Assembly (NCBI GenBank): GCA_021791415.1
Contig: JAJYWQ010000064.1
Coordinates: 4,476 to 68,475, forward strand
Length of the DNA: 64,000 nucleotides
DNA from: a bacterium
Lineage (GTDB): Bacteria > Chloroflexota > Dormibacteria > Aeolococcales > Bog-877
Direction of reading: 5' to 3'
Part shown: one piece after another, positions 1 to 10,404 of the stretch
Layout: the number at the start of each line of letters is the position of its first letter
How positions within the stretch are numbered: position 1 is the stretch's first letter
Notes under the pieces: generated by a model
What the model saw: the letters and a program-made list of their open reading frames with translations, nothing else
What the model was told of the DNA's origin: nothing
Databases searched by the model: none
Position numbers and translations under genes: made by a program

Positions 1-152
1 GCGGCGACGGGGTGCCTCTGCGCGTCTATCGCGTCGACGTCGAAGCAGTGGCCGAGCAGGTCACCGGCCTCCCTGGTCGCCACCAGTCGCTCTGATCGCA
101 GGACGTGCACGGTGGCTTCCGGAGGCGAGCACATGAGCGAGCGTGAAGGCGA

Positions 153-638
153 GTGTGGGACTTCGCCAGCTCGGGCGCTGGATGCGATAGGGTGCCTGAC
201 GTGAGCCGAGCCGACCGCCTCCAATACCTCCGTTCGGCGCGGGATCTCGTCGACCTGTGTTATGCGGAACCGCTCGACCTCCACCGGATGGCGGCCACGG
301 CGGGCGTGTCCAAGTTCCACTTCTCCCGGGCCTTCAAGGCCGTATACGGCGAGACACCCGCCAGCTACCTCACCCGCCGCCGTGTGGAGCGTGCGAAGGA
401 CCTGTTGCGCGCCTCCAACCTGACGGTGACCGATGTCTGCATGCTCGTCGGCTACTCAAGCCTGGGCTCCTTCAGTACCCGCTTCTCCGAGCTCGTGGGC
501 CTGTCCCCCAGCGCTTTCCGGCGGGCCTCGGTGACCCGCGGCGGGCCGCCTCCTGTCCCCGGCTGCTTCCTCATGGAGTGGAGCCGCCCGCGCCCGGCGG
601 GTGCAGAGCTCCGAAATCGCAATCGGGAAGAAGCCTGA
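153..638 (+). CDS. AraC-family HTH transcriptional regulator (small, HTH domain only)
   Basis: Track ORF. Tandem AraC-type HTH motifs (LHRMAATAGVSKFHFSRAFKAVYGETPASYLTRRRVERAKDLL / VTDVCMLVGYSSLGSFSTRFSELVG). Precise start uncertain. Confidence 0.7.
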   Translation: MWDFASSGAGCDRVPDVSRADRLQYLRSARDLVDLCYAEPLDLHRMAATAGVSKFHFSRAFKAVYGETPASYLTRRRVERAKDLLRASNLTVTDVCMLVGYSSLGSFSTRFSELVGLSPSAFRRASVTRGGPPPVPGCFLMEWSRPRPAGAELRNRNREEA

Positions 639-699
639 TCCGCCGAGGCGATCCTACGATGGGGCGGACGTCACCACCGCAGGCAGGAGCAGGACCACC

Positions 700-1146
700 A
701 TGATCAGATCTCTCTCGCACGCCACGGTCTACGTGCTCGACCAGGATTCGGCCAAGGCCTTCTACACGGAGAAGCTCGGCTTCGAAGTGCGCTTCGACAT
801 CGTCATGGGGGAGGGGTTCGAGGGCGCCGGCGCCGGGTTCCGTTGGCTCACCGTGGGCACCAAGGAGCAGCCCGACCTCCAGCTCATCCTCGCCGCCTGC
901 GACATGGGGCGCCCTCCCGAGGCCGCGGCGCAGCTGCGCGAACTCGTGGCCAGCGGTGCGATGGGGGTGGGGGTGATGGTCACCGACGACTGCCATCGCA
1001 CCTACGCAGAGCTCCGCGCCAAAGGCGTTACGTTCCTCTCCGAGCCGGCCGAACGGCCCTACGGCATCGAAGCCACGCTGCGCGACGACTCGGGCAACCA
1101 CATCAGTCTGACCCAGCCCTTTGTATTCGAGACGCCCGCGGGCTGA
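700..1146 (+). CDS. VOC/glyoxalase-bleomycin resistance family protein
   Basis: Track ORF 601..1146. Likely start is the internal MIRSLSHATVYVLD (typical glyoxalase N-terminus). Sits immediately downstream of the AraC gene. Confidence 0.7.
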   Translation: MIRSLSHATVYVLDQDSAKAFYTEKLGFEVRFDIVMGEGFEGAGAGFRWLTVGTKEQPDLQLILAACDMGRPPEAAAQLRELVASGAMGVGVMVTDDCHRTYAELRAKGVTFLSEPAERPYGIEATLRDDSGNHISLTQPFVFETPAG

Positions 1147-1539
1147 CGCCGGCCCGCGCTCGGGTTTGCCGATGATGGCCACCGGGCAGCGCGGCGCCGC
1201 GAAAGTGGCTCGCCGGGATGTGCGGCAGATCGCCCGGCTTCTGAGTGGGGCGCCCATGGTCACCAGCGACTGGTCGGGTCCGAGGTCAAAGCATGCCCGC
1301 TGGCGGTCGGGCCCCGGCCACCTCGATCACTAGTCGGGTGCCCACCTCGTGCCGGTGTCCGGGCCGACGCAGATCCACCTGGGCCCCGACAACTGCCCGC
1401 GCAGGAGCACGCTCCGGTGGAGCCGGGAGACGGCCCGAGGCCTCCCCTCCAGCCCCTCGCCCACCGCGGTGGGGCGCTGGGTGCAGGGCCGCATGGCAGC
1501 CGCGAACGGAGACCCGTGCCAGCTGCGTGTCCGGCAGGC

Positions 1540-1992
1540 TCAGTTGACCGGCGGCGCACCCACCCCCGGTGGGGCCACGTCGTGGACTCGGAACAGGTGC
1601 TGCCGGGGCGGGGAGATGCCCAGTCGGGCCACCACCCGGTATTCGCCGGCGGCGGGGAAGACCAGGTTGAAGGTCAGGGCCAGCGAGATCCTCTGGGGCT
1701 GGCCCGGGGGGAGCCCCGGGGGACGCTGCTGGTTGATCTGGGTCTGCATGCCCGCCACCTGGCGGCCCTGGTCGTCCTCGATGGCCACAGCCAGCTGCTG
1801 GGGGATGGAAGGGGCGGAGGGAGGGATCACCACCGTGACCGCCACTCCGAGGTGGCTGACGATCGGTGGTCCGCCAGGCGGGGGCTCTGGGCGCCAGTGG
1901 TCAGTCCATCCGCCACCGGCGATGTACAGAAGGCCGTTCACCGCCTCCACGTGATTGGCGAGGATGAGGTTCTCGATCTCGGACATCTCCAC
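1540..1992 (-). CDS. hypothetical protein
   Basis: ATG-initiated 150-aa ORF with strong GC3 bias, downstream (same strand) of the DUF885 gene. No recognised domain. Confidence 0.4.
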   Translation of the reverse strand: MEMSEIENLILANHVEAVNGLLYIAGGGWTDHWRPEPPPGGPPIVSHLGVAVTVVIPPSAPSIPQQLAVAIEDDQGRQVAGMQTQINQQRPPGLPPGQPQRISLALTFNLVFPAAGEYRVVARLGISPPRQHLFRVHDVAPPGVGAPPVN

Positions 1993-2034
1993 CTCACCAG
2001 TTTGGCACCTCGTGCTCTCCGCGGCGCGGGAAGC

Positions 2035-3714
2035 TCAGGCCAGCCTGGCCATCTCCTGGCGCAGCTGGTCCAGTCCGAGACAGCCCAGGGCCAGCGCCTG
2101 CTGGTGGAATGACTTGAGCTGGAAGCGCTCGCGCTGGCGGCGGCGCACCATCTCCCGGACCTCGAGCCAGACCCGCTCCCCCAGCTTGTAGGAGATGGCC
2201 TGGGCCGGGACACCCAGGTAGCGATCCACCTCGCCGGTGCAGAACTCCCGGCTGCGGCGGCTGGAGGCCATGAGGAACCGGACGGCGAGCTCCCAGGTCC
2301 AGCGCTCGCCGGGATGGAACGGCTGCCCAGACGGGATCGGGAGCTGAAGGTGCAGGCCGAGATCCACCACCACCCGGGCCGCGCGCATGGCCTGGGCCGA
2401 GAGCATGCCCAAGCGGTAGTCGTCCACCTCCAGGAACCCCAGCTCCCCCATCAGCCGTTCGGCATACAACGCCCACCCCTCGAGATGACCGGAGACGGCG
2501 CCGCGAAGTGTCTGAAAGGGAGCGAGCCCGGTCTGAAGGAAGCAGATCATCCCCAGCTGGAGGTGATGTCCGGGGAGCCCCTCGTGATATGAGGTGGTCA
2601 CCTCCTGCCAGAGGGGGAAGCGCGTCCTCCCCAGTGTCGGATACCAGGTTCGTCCGGGCCGGCTGAAGTCCGCCGAAGGTGGCGTGTAGTACATGGCTGG
2701 GCTGCCACCCGGCGGGGCGATCATCGCCTCCACCCGGCGCACCGGGGACGGAATGTCGAAGTGGGTGCCGTGGAGCTGGCTCACCGTGGCGTCGAGCAGC
2801 TCCTGACTCCAGGCCCGGAAGCGGTCCACCCCTTCGATGGCCCTGGCGGGATCGGTCTCCAGGAGGGCGACGGCTCCATCCAGGCCGACGCCGGGCGCGA
2901 TCCGCTCCGCAACCTCCGCCATCTCCGCGTTCAGGCGAGCCAGCTCTGACCAGCCGAACTCGTAGTCGGCTGCGGGCTCCAGGTGGGTTCCGAGGTAGCG
3001 GCGGGCAGCCAGGGCGTAGCGCTCGGGGCCGACTCCATCCACCTGAGCCGCCCGGGGAGCGTAGCCGCGCTCCAAGTGGTCCGCCAGGTCGAGGTAGGCC
3101 CGGTCCGCGGCTGTGGCCCCTCGCGCCAGCTCCTCCCCGAGGGAGCTGGCGGTGCCGGAGTAGGCGGTGACCAGAGAGGCGAAATACCCCGGCGAGTCCC
3201 CGGAGCCACCAGCGAAAGCCCGGGACTGGTGGGCGGCGACCAGCGCCTGGCGCCGCTCCGAGGGGAGGTCGTGCTCAAGTCCGTACTCCAGGGTCCGGCG
3301 GAAGCCCGCCAGCGCCTGGGGCACCTGCCGGAGCTTGGCCGCGAGCACCTCCCACTGCTCCTCGGTTGTCCGGGGCAGGAGGTCGAAGCTCTGCCTGACC
3401 TGAACGTGCGGTCCGAAGACGTTAAGAGCCCGCGCCCACTCTCCGGCCTCGAAGAGGTCCGACTCCACCTGCAGCCGGTCCACCATGGCCCGCAGGGCCA
3501 CCGTGTCCTCCTTACCGACAGCGGTCTGGGCGCGTTCCAAGTAACGGGAAACCAGCTCGTGGCGCGCCTGCTCGGCCTCCGGCGAGAAGTCGGTGAGTTG
3601 GCCGGAGTAGCCGAGGTCTCCCCTCATGAACGCTTCGATAGGGTCGAGCCTGTCCGCCACCTTCGCGTACTCCTCGGCCCAGCGGCGGCCGTCCATGCTC
3701 ACCTCCTCAATCAA
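2035..3714 (-). CDS. DUF885-family protein (metallopeptidase-like)
   Basis: 559-aa ORF. Has the YHEGLPGHHLQ motif typical of the DUF885 family. Confidence 0.65.
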   Translation of the reverse strand: MIEEVSMDGRRWAEEYAKVADRLDPIEAFMRGDLGYSGQLTDFSPEAEQARHELVSRYLERAQTAVGKEDTVALRAMVDRLQVESDLFEAGEWARALNVFGPHVQVRQSFDLLPRTTEEQWEVLAAKLRQVPQALAGFRRTLEYGLEHDLPSERRQALVAAHQSRAFAGGSGDSPGYFASLVTAYSGTASSLGEELARGATAADRAYLDLADHLERGYAPRAAQVDGVGPERYALAARRYLGTHLEPAADYEFGWSELARLNAEMAEVAERIAPGVGLDGAVALLETDPARAIEGVDRFRAWSQELLDATVSQLHGTHFDIPSPVRRVEAMIAPPGGSPAMYYTPPSADFSRPGRTWYPTLGRTRFPLWQEVTTSYHEGLPGHHLQLGMICFLQTGLAPFQTLRGAVSGHLEGWALYAERLMGELGFLEVDDYRLGMLSAQAMRAARVVVDLGLHLQLPIPSGQPFHPGERWTWELAVRFLMASSRRSREFCTGEVDRYLGVPAQAISYKLGERVWLEVREMVRRRQRERFQLKSFHQQALALGCLGLDQLRQEMARLA

Positions 3715-3729
3715 CCGGTCCGGGCGGGC

Positions 3730-4923
3730 TCAGTCCACCGCCTCCACCACCGCCGCGATCCCCTGGCCCACCCCGATGCACATGGTGGCAAGGCCAAGCC
3801 GGGCGCCTCGCCGGCGCATCTCGTGGACCAGCGTCACCAGGATCCGCGCCCCCGAGCAACCCACCGGGTGCCCCAGGGCGATCGCCCCACCGTTGACGTT
3901 AAGCCGGGGGTCCGCGGGATCCACCTTCCACTCCCCAAGGACCGCCAGCGCTTGGGCGGCGAACGCCTCGTTGAGCTCGATGAGGTCGATGTCCGCCAGG
4001 GTCAGCCCGGCGCGGTCCAGGGCCTTGCGGGTGGCGGGGACCGGTCCGATGCCCATGATCCCCGGCGGCACGCCGGCCACCGCCAGCGAACGCAACCTCG
4101 CCAGCGGCCTGAGGCCGCGCGCCCGGGCGGCCTCCGCCGAGGCGAGGAGCAGCGCCGCGGCGCCGTCGTTGAGCGGGCTGGAATTGCCCGGGGTCACGGT
4201 GCCCCCGGAGCGGAACACCGGGCGCAGCGCCGCCAGCCGCTCCATGGAGGTGTCGGCTCGGGGGCACTCGTCCACCGTGACCTCGCCCTTCGGCACCGCT
4301 ACCGGCAGCAGCTCCTCCCGAAAGCGCCTGGCGGCCTGAGCCGCGACCGCCTTGCGATGGCTCTGAAGAGCGAACTCGTCCTGGGCCGCGCGGGGGATGG
4401 AGTACATCTCCGCCAGGTTCTCCGCGGTCTCCCCCATCGACTCGGTGCCGTACAGCTGCTCCATCCTGGGGTTGACCAGCCGCCAGCCCAGAGCGGTGTC
4501 CTCCATCTGCTGTGGACCACGGGGACGAGGACGGTCGGGCTTGGACATCACCCAGGGGGCTCGGCTCATGGACTCCACCCCCGCGCCGATGCACAGCTCG
4601 GCGTCACCCACCATGATCGTGCGCGCGGCCTCGGCGACCGCCTCCAGCCCGCTGCCACAGAGCCGGTTGACGGTGCATCCGGCCACCTCCACGGGGAAGC
4701 CGGCCAGCAAGAGCGCCATGCGGGCGACGTTGCGGTTGTCCTCACCCGCCTGGTTCGTGCAGCCGCAGTAGACGTCCTCCAGCTCGCCCGGGTCCAGCCC
4801 GGCCCTGGCCACCACCCCGGCGAGCACCCCGGCGGCCAGGTCGTCCGGGCGCACAGAGGCCAGGACACCGCCGTAGCGACCGATCGGGGTGCGGACCGCC
4901 TCCGCGATCACAACCTCTGCCAT
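3730..4923 (-). CDS. acetyl-CoA C-acyltransferase (thiolase II)
   Basis: 397 aa. N-terminal [16 protein letters not shown], active-site NRLCGSG, and C-terminal [12 protein letters not shown] thiolase signatures. Confidence 0.9.
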   Translation of the reverse strand: MAEVVIAEAVRTPIGRYGGVLASVRPDDLAAGVLAGVVARAGLDPGELEDVYCGCTNQAGEDNRNVARMALLLAGFPVEVAGCTVNRLCGSGLEAVAEAARTIMVGDAELCIGAGVESMSRAPWVMSKPDRPRPRGPQQMEDTALGWRLVNPRMEQLYGTESMGETAENLAEMYSIPRAAQDEFALQSHRKAVAAQAARRFREELLPVAVPKGEVTVDECPRADTSMERLAALRPVFRSGGTVTPGNSSPLNDGAAALLLASAEAARARGLRPLARLRSLAVAGVPPGIMGIGPVPATRKALDRAGLTLADIDLIELNEAFAAQALAVLGEWKVDPADPRLNVNGGAIALGHPVGCSGARILVTLVHEMRRRGARLGLATMCIGVGQGIAAVVEAVD

Positions 4924-5001
4924 GGCAACTCTCCCAGGAAACAGGTGCCTACCACATTGTCGGGCCCGCTGCGGTCAGGGCCCGGCCAGCGGGCGCGGGC
5001 C

Positions 5002-5886
5002 TCAGAGGTGGCCGGCCAGCCAGGAGTGGACCTCCCCGATGCGGGTGGCGGTGACCGTGAGGTGCCCGAGTGACGGCTCGAGGTGGGCCTCGGCCCCGGG
5101 AATGTGGGTCGCGAGCCAGGCCCCGTGGGCGGCGGGGACCATGAGGTCCTGCTCCCCCTGCCAGATCTGCACAGGGATCCTGATCGTGCCCACGTCGAAG
5201 CCCCAGGGGCTGAGAAAGGCCAGATCGTCGTCGGCCGACCCGGCGCCGCCCCGAGCCAACCCCTCCGCGGTCGAGGCGAAGAGAAACTCCCCGAACGAAG
5301 TTCCCATGGCGGCGGCATCCACCGGGCTGAGTACGGTGGCCATCTCTTGGGCGAGCTGGTCGGGGCCAGCCTCACGGAGGGCCTCGGCCATGGCGTCGGC
5401 GGACGCCAGCACCGCCGCCCGGTCTCCGGAGATCGCCGTCTGGAACTCCTGGACGTTGAGCTCGCCCATCCCCTCCACCCAGTTCAGCCCTTCCACCCCG
5501 TAGGGCGCGACCCCGGAGATGCTGGCGGCGGCCACCACCCGGTCGGGAAGGAGGGCAGCACAGGCGAGCGCGTGAGGACCCCCTCCGGAGACCCCCCAGG
5601 TGGCGAAGCGCCCGACCTTGAGGTGGTCGAGGACTGTCGCCACGTCCTCAACCACCTGGCCCACGCTCCGGCCCTCCAGGCGGTCGGACCCTCCGTACCC
5701 GGGCCGGGAGTGGCTGATCAGCCGGAGCCCTCGACTCAACGCGTCGTCCACCCACTCTGGAGCCAGAAGGCAGGACCCAGGCGTGCCGTGGTGGTAGTAC
5801 ACCACCGCGCCCCTGGGCTCCCCGGCGTCCATGACGTCGAGGTTGCGACCGTCCGGGGTCTGCACCCGGTGCCTTCTGTGTTCCAT
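5002..5886 (-). CDS. alpha/beta hydrolase
   Basis: Track ORF 5002..6111. Likely start is the internal ATG (MEHRRHRVQTPDG...) near 5886. Nucleophile-elbow GVSGGG motif. Confidence 0.7.
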   Translation of the reverse strand: MEHRRHRVQTPDGRNLDVMDAGEPRGAVVYYHHGTPGSCLLAPEWVDDALSRGLRLISHSRPGYGGSDRLEGRSVGQVVEDVATVLDHLKVGRFATWGVSGGGPHALACAALLPDRVVAAASISGVAPYGVEGLNWVEGMGELNVQEFQTAISGDRAAVLASADAMAEALREAGPDQLAQEMATVLSPVDAAAMGTSFGEFLFASTAEGLARGGAGSADDDLAFLSPWGFDVGTIRIPVQIWQGEQDLMVPAAHGAWLATHIPGAEAHLEPSLGHLTVTATRIGEVHSWLAGHL

Positions 5887-5973
5887 CTCCGCCTCCCGTG
5901 CCGGCCTCGTCAGCGTGGAGGGGATCATCGCAGGTCGCGCCGGCCACGCCGAGAGGTTGGGAGAATCCAACCC

Positions 5974-7185
5974 ATGCCCGACAACCCCGGAGAGCGGCCG
6001 CCCTCGCGGCCTTGGCGGGAGCTGGGGGTGGTCGTCGCCGCGGTCACGGCGATAACCCTGCCCACCTTCCTGGTGGGGACCCTGGCGGTCCAGATCCGCG
6101 CGAGCATGCACTTTGGGGCCGCGGAGCTGGGGGTGGTGGTGGGCTTCTTTTACGCCGCGGCAGCTCTCGCCGCCGCCCCCTCCGGCAACTTGGCCGAGCG
6201 GATGGGGGGCACCCGACTGCTCCGCAACTCCGTGCTGGCCAGCGCGGTCAGCCTGCTCCTGGTGGCGGGGGTGGCCGGCAGCTGGCCCGAGCTGGCGGCG
6301 ATCATGGTGCTCGCCGGGCTGGCGAGCTCAGCCGGGCAGGTTGGTTCCAACCTCTTCCTGGCGCGGCGCATCGCGCCCGCGCGCCAGGGGCTGGCCTTCG
6401 GGGTGAAGCAGGCGGCGGTTCCTCTGGCTGCACTTCTGGGAGGCCTCGCTGTGCCCGCCCTGGCCCTCACCGTGGGATGGCGATGGGCTTTCGCGGGCGC
6501 CGCCGCTCTGGCGCTGGTCTCAGCCGTGGCCCTGCCCCGGCCCCGTCTCACCTCGGCGCAGCGGCGGGCCGCCGCCCAGGCGCGTGGACCGCGGGAGCCC
6601 GCGGGGCCACTCATCGCTCTCGCCCTCGGCTTCGGCCTGGCCCTGACCGCCTGCTCCTCCCTGGGGGCGTTCTTGGTCACCTCAGCGGTGGCCGGCGGCG
6701 TGCCGGTGGGGATGGCGGGGCTGCTGGCTGCCCTGGCCAGCGGGACGGCGGTGGCGGTGCGGGTGGCGGTCGGCGCCCTGGCGGATCGGCGGCAGGGGCG
6801 ACACCTGGTGTTCGTGGTCGGCATGATCGTCGTGGGGGCGGCCGGATTCTCCATGCTCAGCCTGGGGTCGACGCTGCAGCTGCCGGTGCTGCTTCTTCCC
6901 GGGGCGGTGCTGTCATTCGGGGTCGGCTGGGGGTGGAACGGCCTCTTCAATTACGCGGTGGTGAGGGCCCATCCGGCAGCCCCCGGTCGGGCCACGGGCA
7001 TCACCCAGACAGGGGGCCGGGTGGGATCCGTCCTGGGCCCACTCCTCTTCGGCATACTGGCCGCCCACCTCGGATACGGGTGGGCCTGGGGGCTGGCAGC
7101 AGTGGAAGCTCTCTCCGGTGCGCTGGTACTCCTGGGGGCGCGCGGGATGCTCCTTAACCGACCGGCCCGGACAGTCCCGGGCTGA
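5974..7185 (+). CDS. MFS transporter
   Basis: Last ~403 aa of track ORF 5083..7185 starting at ATG ~5974 (MPDNPGERPP...). About 12 predicted hydrophobic helices. The upstream part of the track ORF is a high-GC run-on. Confidence 0.75.
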   Translation: MPDNPGERPPSRPWRELGVVVAAVTAITLPTFLVGTLAVQIRASMHFGAAELGVVVGFFYAAAALAAAPSGNLAERMGGTRLLRNSVLASAVSLLLVAGVAGSWPELAAIMVLAGLASSAGQVGSNLFLARRIAPARQGLAFGVKQAAVPLAALLGGLAVPALALTVGWRWAFAGAAALALVSAVALPRPRLTSAQRRAAAQARGPREPAGPLIALALGFGLALTACSSLGAFLVTSAVAGGVPVGMAGLLAALASGTAVAVRVAVGALADRRQGRHLVFVVGMIVVGAAGFSMLSLGSTLQLPVLLLPGAVLSFGVGWGWNGLFNYAVVRAHPAAPGRATGITQTGGRVGSVLGPLLFGILAAHLGYGWAWGLAAVEALSGALVLLGARGMLLNRPARTVPG

Positions 7186-7343
7186 GGATTCCCGCCAGAT
7201 TCAGCCCGTTGGGGGATGGCGGGAACTGGGCCTTTCACACCAACGGGCGATGACTGTACCCGGCGGCACTCCTAGCGTTCGCCCTGGACGGGCCGGACAG
7301 CCCGACCCGGTTGCCGCTTCAGTTCTGGGAGGTGCCAAGGAAC

Positions 7344-9296
7344 ATGGGACAAATCAAGTGGCCCACAGTCCTGCGACCACTCGGCGTTGCCGCCGGCGTG
7401 GTCCTCCTGCTGGCCGGATGCGGTGGAGCCGTGTCCAACCACCACACCACGACCGGCGGGGTGGTCACCTTCGCCGAGGGACCGAGCTCTCCGCCCAACT
7501 ACATCTTCCCGCTGGAGCCTTCTGCGGACTTCAGCGTCACCAACCTCAGCCAGTTCTCCTACGTGATGTATCCGCCGCTCTACTGGTTCGGGAACAACGG
7601 GCAGCCCACCTTCAACCCCGCGCTCAGCATCGCCAACGCCCCCACCTTCTCCGCCGGGGACACCGTGGTCAACATCACCCTCAAGCACTGGCAGTGGTCC
7701 AACGGCCACCCGCTCACCTCCCGGGACGTCATCTTCTGGCTGAACCTGCTCAGCGCCGCGACCGACCCCAACTCCCCGGCCATCGGCTCGCAGAGCGCCC
7801 CTGGTCCGGGATGGGGCGCCGAGGTGCCCGGCGGGTTCCCCTTCAACCTGGTCAGCTATGCCGCCACCGGGACCTACTCCCTGCAGCTGCACCTCAACGC
7901 CGCCTACAACCCCACCTGGTTTCTGTACAACGAGCTGAGCCAGATAACCCCCATGCCCCAGGCGGCCTGGGATGAGCTCTCGTCCTCGGGGCCGGTGGGC
8001 AACTACGACGCGGCCGCCGAGACCCGGGTTCCCCTGTCCGGCACCAGCCCCGCCCAGTACGTCCCCCAGGACCCGGGCACGGCCACCAGCGGCGCTCTCG
8101 GGGTTGCCCAGTTCCTCAACTCGCAGTCCCAAGAGGTCGGCACATACTCCAGCAATCCTCTCTGGCAGGTGGTGGACGGCCCCTTCCGGATCGCGGACTA
8201 CGCCTCCTCCGGATACGTCAAGTTCGTCCCCAACCGGGACTACTCGGGCTCGCCCAAGCCAACCATCTCAGCCTTCGTCGAGGAGCCGTTCACCTCGGAC
8301 ACCGCAGAGTTCGACGCCCTGGCGTCGGGCAGCCTGACGATGGGCTTCATCCCCAACCAGGACCTCTCCCAAAGGGCATCGCTGGAGCGCCGTTTCAACT
8401 ACTCCTTCCAGCCCTGGTACAACTTCGGGTTCACCTACTTCCCGTACAACTTCACCAACCCCGCGGTGGGGCCGATCTTCCGCCAGCTCTACTTCCGCCA
8501 GGCCTTCCAATCGCTGGTCAACCAGACCCAGTACATCAAGGACTTCTACCTCGGGTACGCCACGGTGACGGACGGACCGGTGCCGACCTACCCGGCCCAC
8601 AACCCGGACGAGAGCCCGCTTGAGGCCGGAACCCCACCCTACCCCTACAACCCCAGCCGGGCGGTGAGCCTGCTGCGGGACCACGGGTGGACCGTGGTCC
8701 CCGGCGGCACCAGCTACTGCTCCCGCCCGGGCGACGGGACCGGTGAATGTGGGCCGGGGATCTCCTCGGGAGAGAAGCTGCAGTTCAGCCTTCTCTACCA
8801 GAACGGGGTCGTGGTGCTCGCCAACCAGATGGAGGCCCTGCAGTCGGCGGCGCGCAGCGTGGCGGGGATCGATCTCACCCTCTCCACCGCCCCCTTCAGC
8901 CAGGTCCTGGCCACCGCCTTCAACGGTTGCACCATGGCCACTCCCTGCTCCGGATGGGAGCTGGCCAACTGGGGCGGCGGCTGGTCGTACGCCCCCGACT
9001 ACCTGCCCACCGGGGGTGAGCTGTTCGGCTGCGGCAGCACCAGCAACGCCGGCGATTGGTGCAACGCCACCACCCAAGCCAACATCGCCGCCACCCACAC
9101 CGCTCCCAACCAGGCGGCGGAGATTGCCGCCCTCTTCCGCTACCAGGACCAGCTGGCGCTGCAGCTCCCGGTGGTGTACACCCCGAGCGTCCCGATCGAC
9201 AACGAGTTGGTGATGTACAAGAGCTCTCTCCAAGGGGTGCTGCCGCTCGACCCCTTCGGCAACATCTACCCGCAGATGTACCGGTTCTCGAGCTGA
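7344..9296 (+). CDS. ABC transporter substrate-binding lipoprotein, family 5 (peptide/nickel/opine type)
   Basis: Track ORF 7311..9296. Signal peptide with lipobox LLLAGCGG. SBP_bac_5-like length (650 aa). No permease or ATPase genes adjacent. Confidence 0.8.
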   Translation: MGQIKWPTVLRPLGVAAGVVLLLAGCGGAVSNHHTTTGGVVTFAEGPSSPPNYIFPLEPSADFSVTNLSQFSYVMYPPLYWFGNNGQPTFNPALSIANAPTFSAGDTVVNITLKHWQWSNGHPLTSRDVIFWLNLLSAATDPNSPAIGSQSAPGPGWGAEVPGGFPFNLVSYAATGTYSLQLHLNAAYNPTWFLYNELSQITPMPQAAWDELSSSGPVGNYDAAAETRVPLSGTSPAQYVPQDPGTATSGALGVAQFLNSQSQEVGTYSSNPLWQVVDGPFRIADYASSGYVKFVPNRDYSGSPKPTISAFVEEPFTSDTAEFDALASGSLTMGFIPNQDLSQRASLERRFNYSFQPWYNFGFTYFPYNFTNPAVGPIFRQLYFRQAFQSLVNQTQYIKDFYLGYATVTDGPVPTYPAHNPDESPLEAGTPPYPYNPSRAVSLLRDHGWTVVPGGTSYCSRPGDGTGECGPGISSGEKLQFSLLYQNGVVVLANQMEALQSAARSVAGIDLTLSTAPFSQVLATAFNGCTMATPCSGWELANWGGGWSYAPDYLPTGGELFGCGSTSNAGDWCNATTQANIAATHTAPNQAAEIAALFRYQDQLALQLPVVYTPSVPIDNELVMYKSSLQGVLPLDPFGNIYPQMYRFSS

Positions 9297-9323
9297 CCGT
9301 CCCTCCCCCGCCCTTTAGTGCCC

Positions 9324-9381
9324 GCTCGCCCGCCCCCCTTGGCGGGCGAGCCTGGGGGCCCGGCCAGCTGGCCGGGCCCCC
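9324..9381 (+). terminator. two tandem GC-rich hairpins downstream of the SBP gene
   Basis: GCTCGCCCGCC-cccctt-GGCGGGCGAGC followed by the perfect palindrome GGGGGCCCGGCCAGCTGGCCGGGCCCCC. Confidence 0.5.
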
Positions 9382-9448
9382 TTGCGGCCCGGGCCGGCGG
9401 CTCGAGCCGCAGCTGAGTCCGCGCGGTCGGTCGAGCATCTCGACGCTG

Positions 9449-10363
9449 GTGCGGGCCAGACGCGCCCGGAGGCTCAGACTCTCACTCCAGCTCACTGAGG
9501 AGGGCTGGAGCCAGCGCCGGATCGCCGCCCACCTCGGCTTGGCCCGCGCCACCGTCCGGGGATACCTCGTGGCAGCGCGGCGCGCGGGGCTGGACGCGGC
9601 CTTGGCCGCCGCCCTGCCCGAGGCGGAGCTGCTCACCCTCATCGAGGCGACACGCCGGCTTGAGCCCTCGGCCCGTCCGGTCGGTGAGAACTTCGCGGAG
9701 GCACTATGGGAGCTGAAGGCCGACCCTCGAGCCACCCTCCGGTCGGTCTGGCTGCACCTCGGGGTCCGCGAGCGCTGGGGGGAGTCGCTGGCGGAGTTCT
9801 CGCATCGCTACCGGGCCTGGCTGGCGCGCCAGCCGGAGCTGGTCCGGCTCCCAGACCGTGCCGGCCAGCGCTTGGTGACCGGCGTGATCCCCGTCCCAGG
9901 GACCAGGGACCGCGAGCTGGTGCTCTTCGCCGCCCAGGTGGGAGCCAGCGGACTGCTGCTGTTGGAGATGGGAGAGGGCCTCGGGGAGGATGGCTGGCGA
10001 GTCTTCGTGAGCAGAGCGCTCGTCCGGCTGGGTGGAAGGCCGCTGAGGGCGGTGCTGCCCGCGGCCCTCGCCGGCCACGTCTTCGCCCAGCGGGTTTCCG
10101 GGGAGGTCCTGGGTTGCCAGATCGCTCCCCCCGACCCCCCGGCCGAGCGGGTGTTGCTGGCGCGGCTGGAGAAGGTGCGCGGGGACAGCTGGCCGGCCGA
10201 GCTCACCGGCGAGAGCGTTCCCGGGGAGGGGGTCCTGAGGCGTTGGGAGGATGAGGTGAACAGGCCCGCGCTCCCAGGGCTGGGGCAGTCGAGCCGTGAG
10301 CTCTTCGAACGGTTGGACCGAGGTCGCCTGCGCCCGCTGCGCTTCGGGCCCGACTCCGAGTAG
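9449..10363 (+). pseudogene. HTH-domain ORF, possible degenerate IS21-family (IstA-like) transposase remnant
   Basis: LTEEGWSQRRIAAHLGLARATVRGYL resembles the IstA N-terminal HTH. Downstream sequence has weak IstA-like stretches but no intact DDE motif. Start is guessed (GTG ~9449). Confidence 0.3.
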
Positions 10364-10404
10364 CGCCGGTCTGCCGCGGGACCGGTTCCCGCTATGGTCA
10401 TCCG

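Noticed and set aside
2983-5073. 696-aa plus-strand ORF (and similar 5083..7185, 11474..13501, 15941..17311, 28840..30840, 6150..6950, 7272..8132, 8268..9233)
   Set aside because: These are long antisense or run-on ORFs, typical of 70% GC DNA. They overlap well-supported genes on the other strand (thiolase, MFS, GCS2, SBP, aryl-AMP ligase, etc.). They have low-complexity Arg/Pro/Gly-rich translations and no domain signatures.
9056-9448. N-terminal part of track ORF 9056..10363 overlapping the SBP gene
   Set aside because: It overlaps the 3' end of the well-supported SBP CDS in another frame and spans the terminator hairpins. Only the portion after ~9449 has protein-like (HTH) content.
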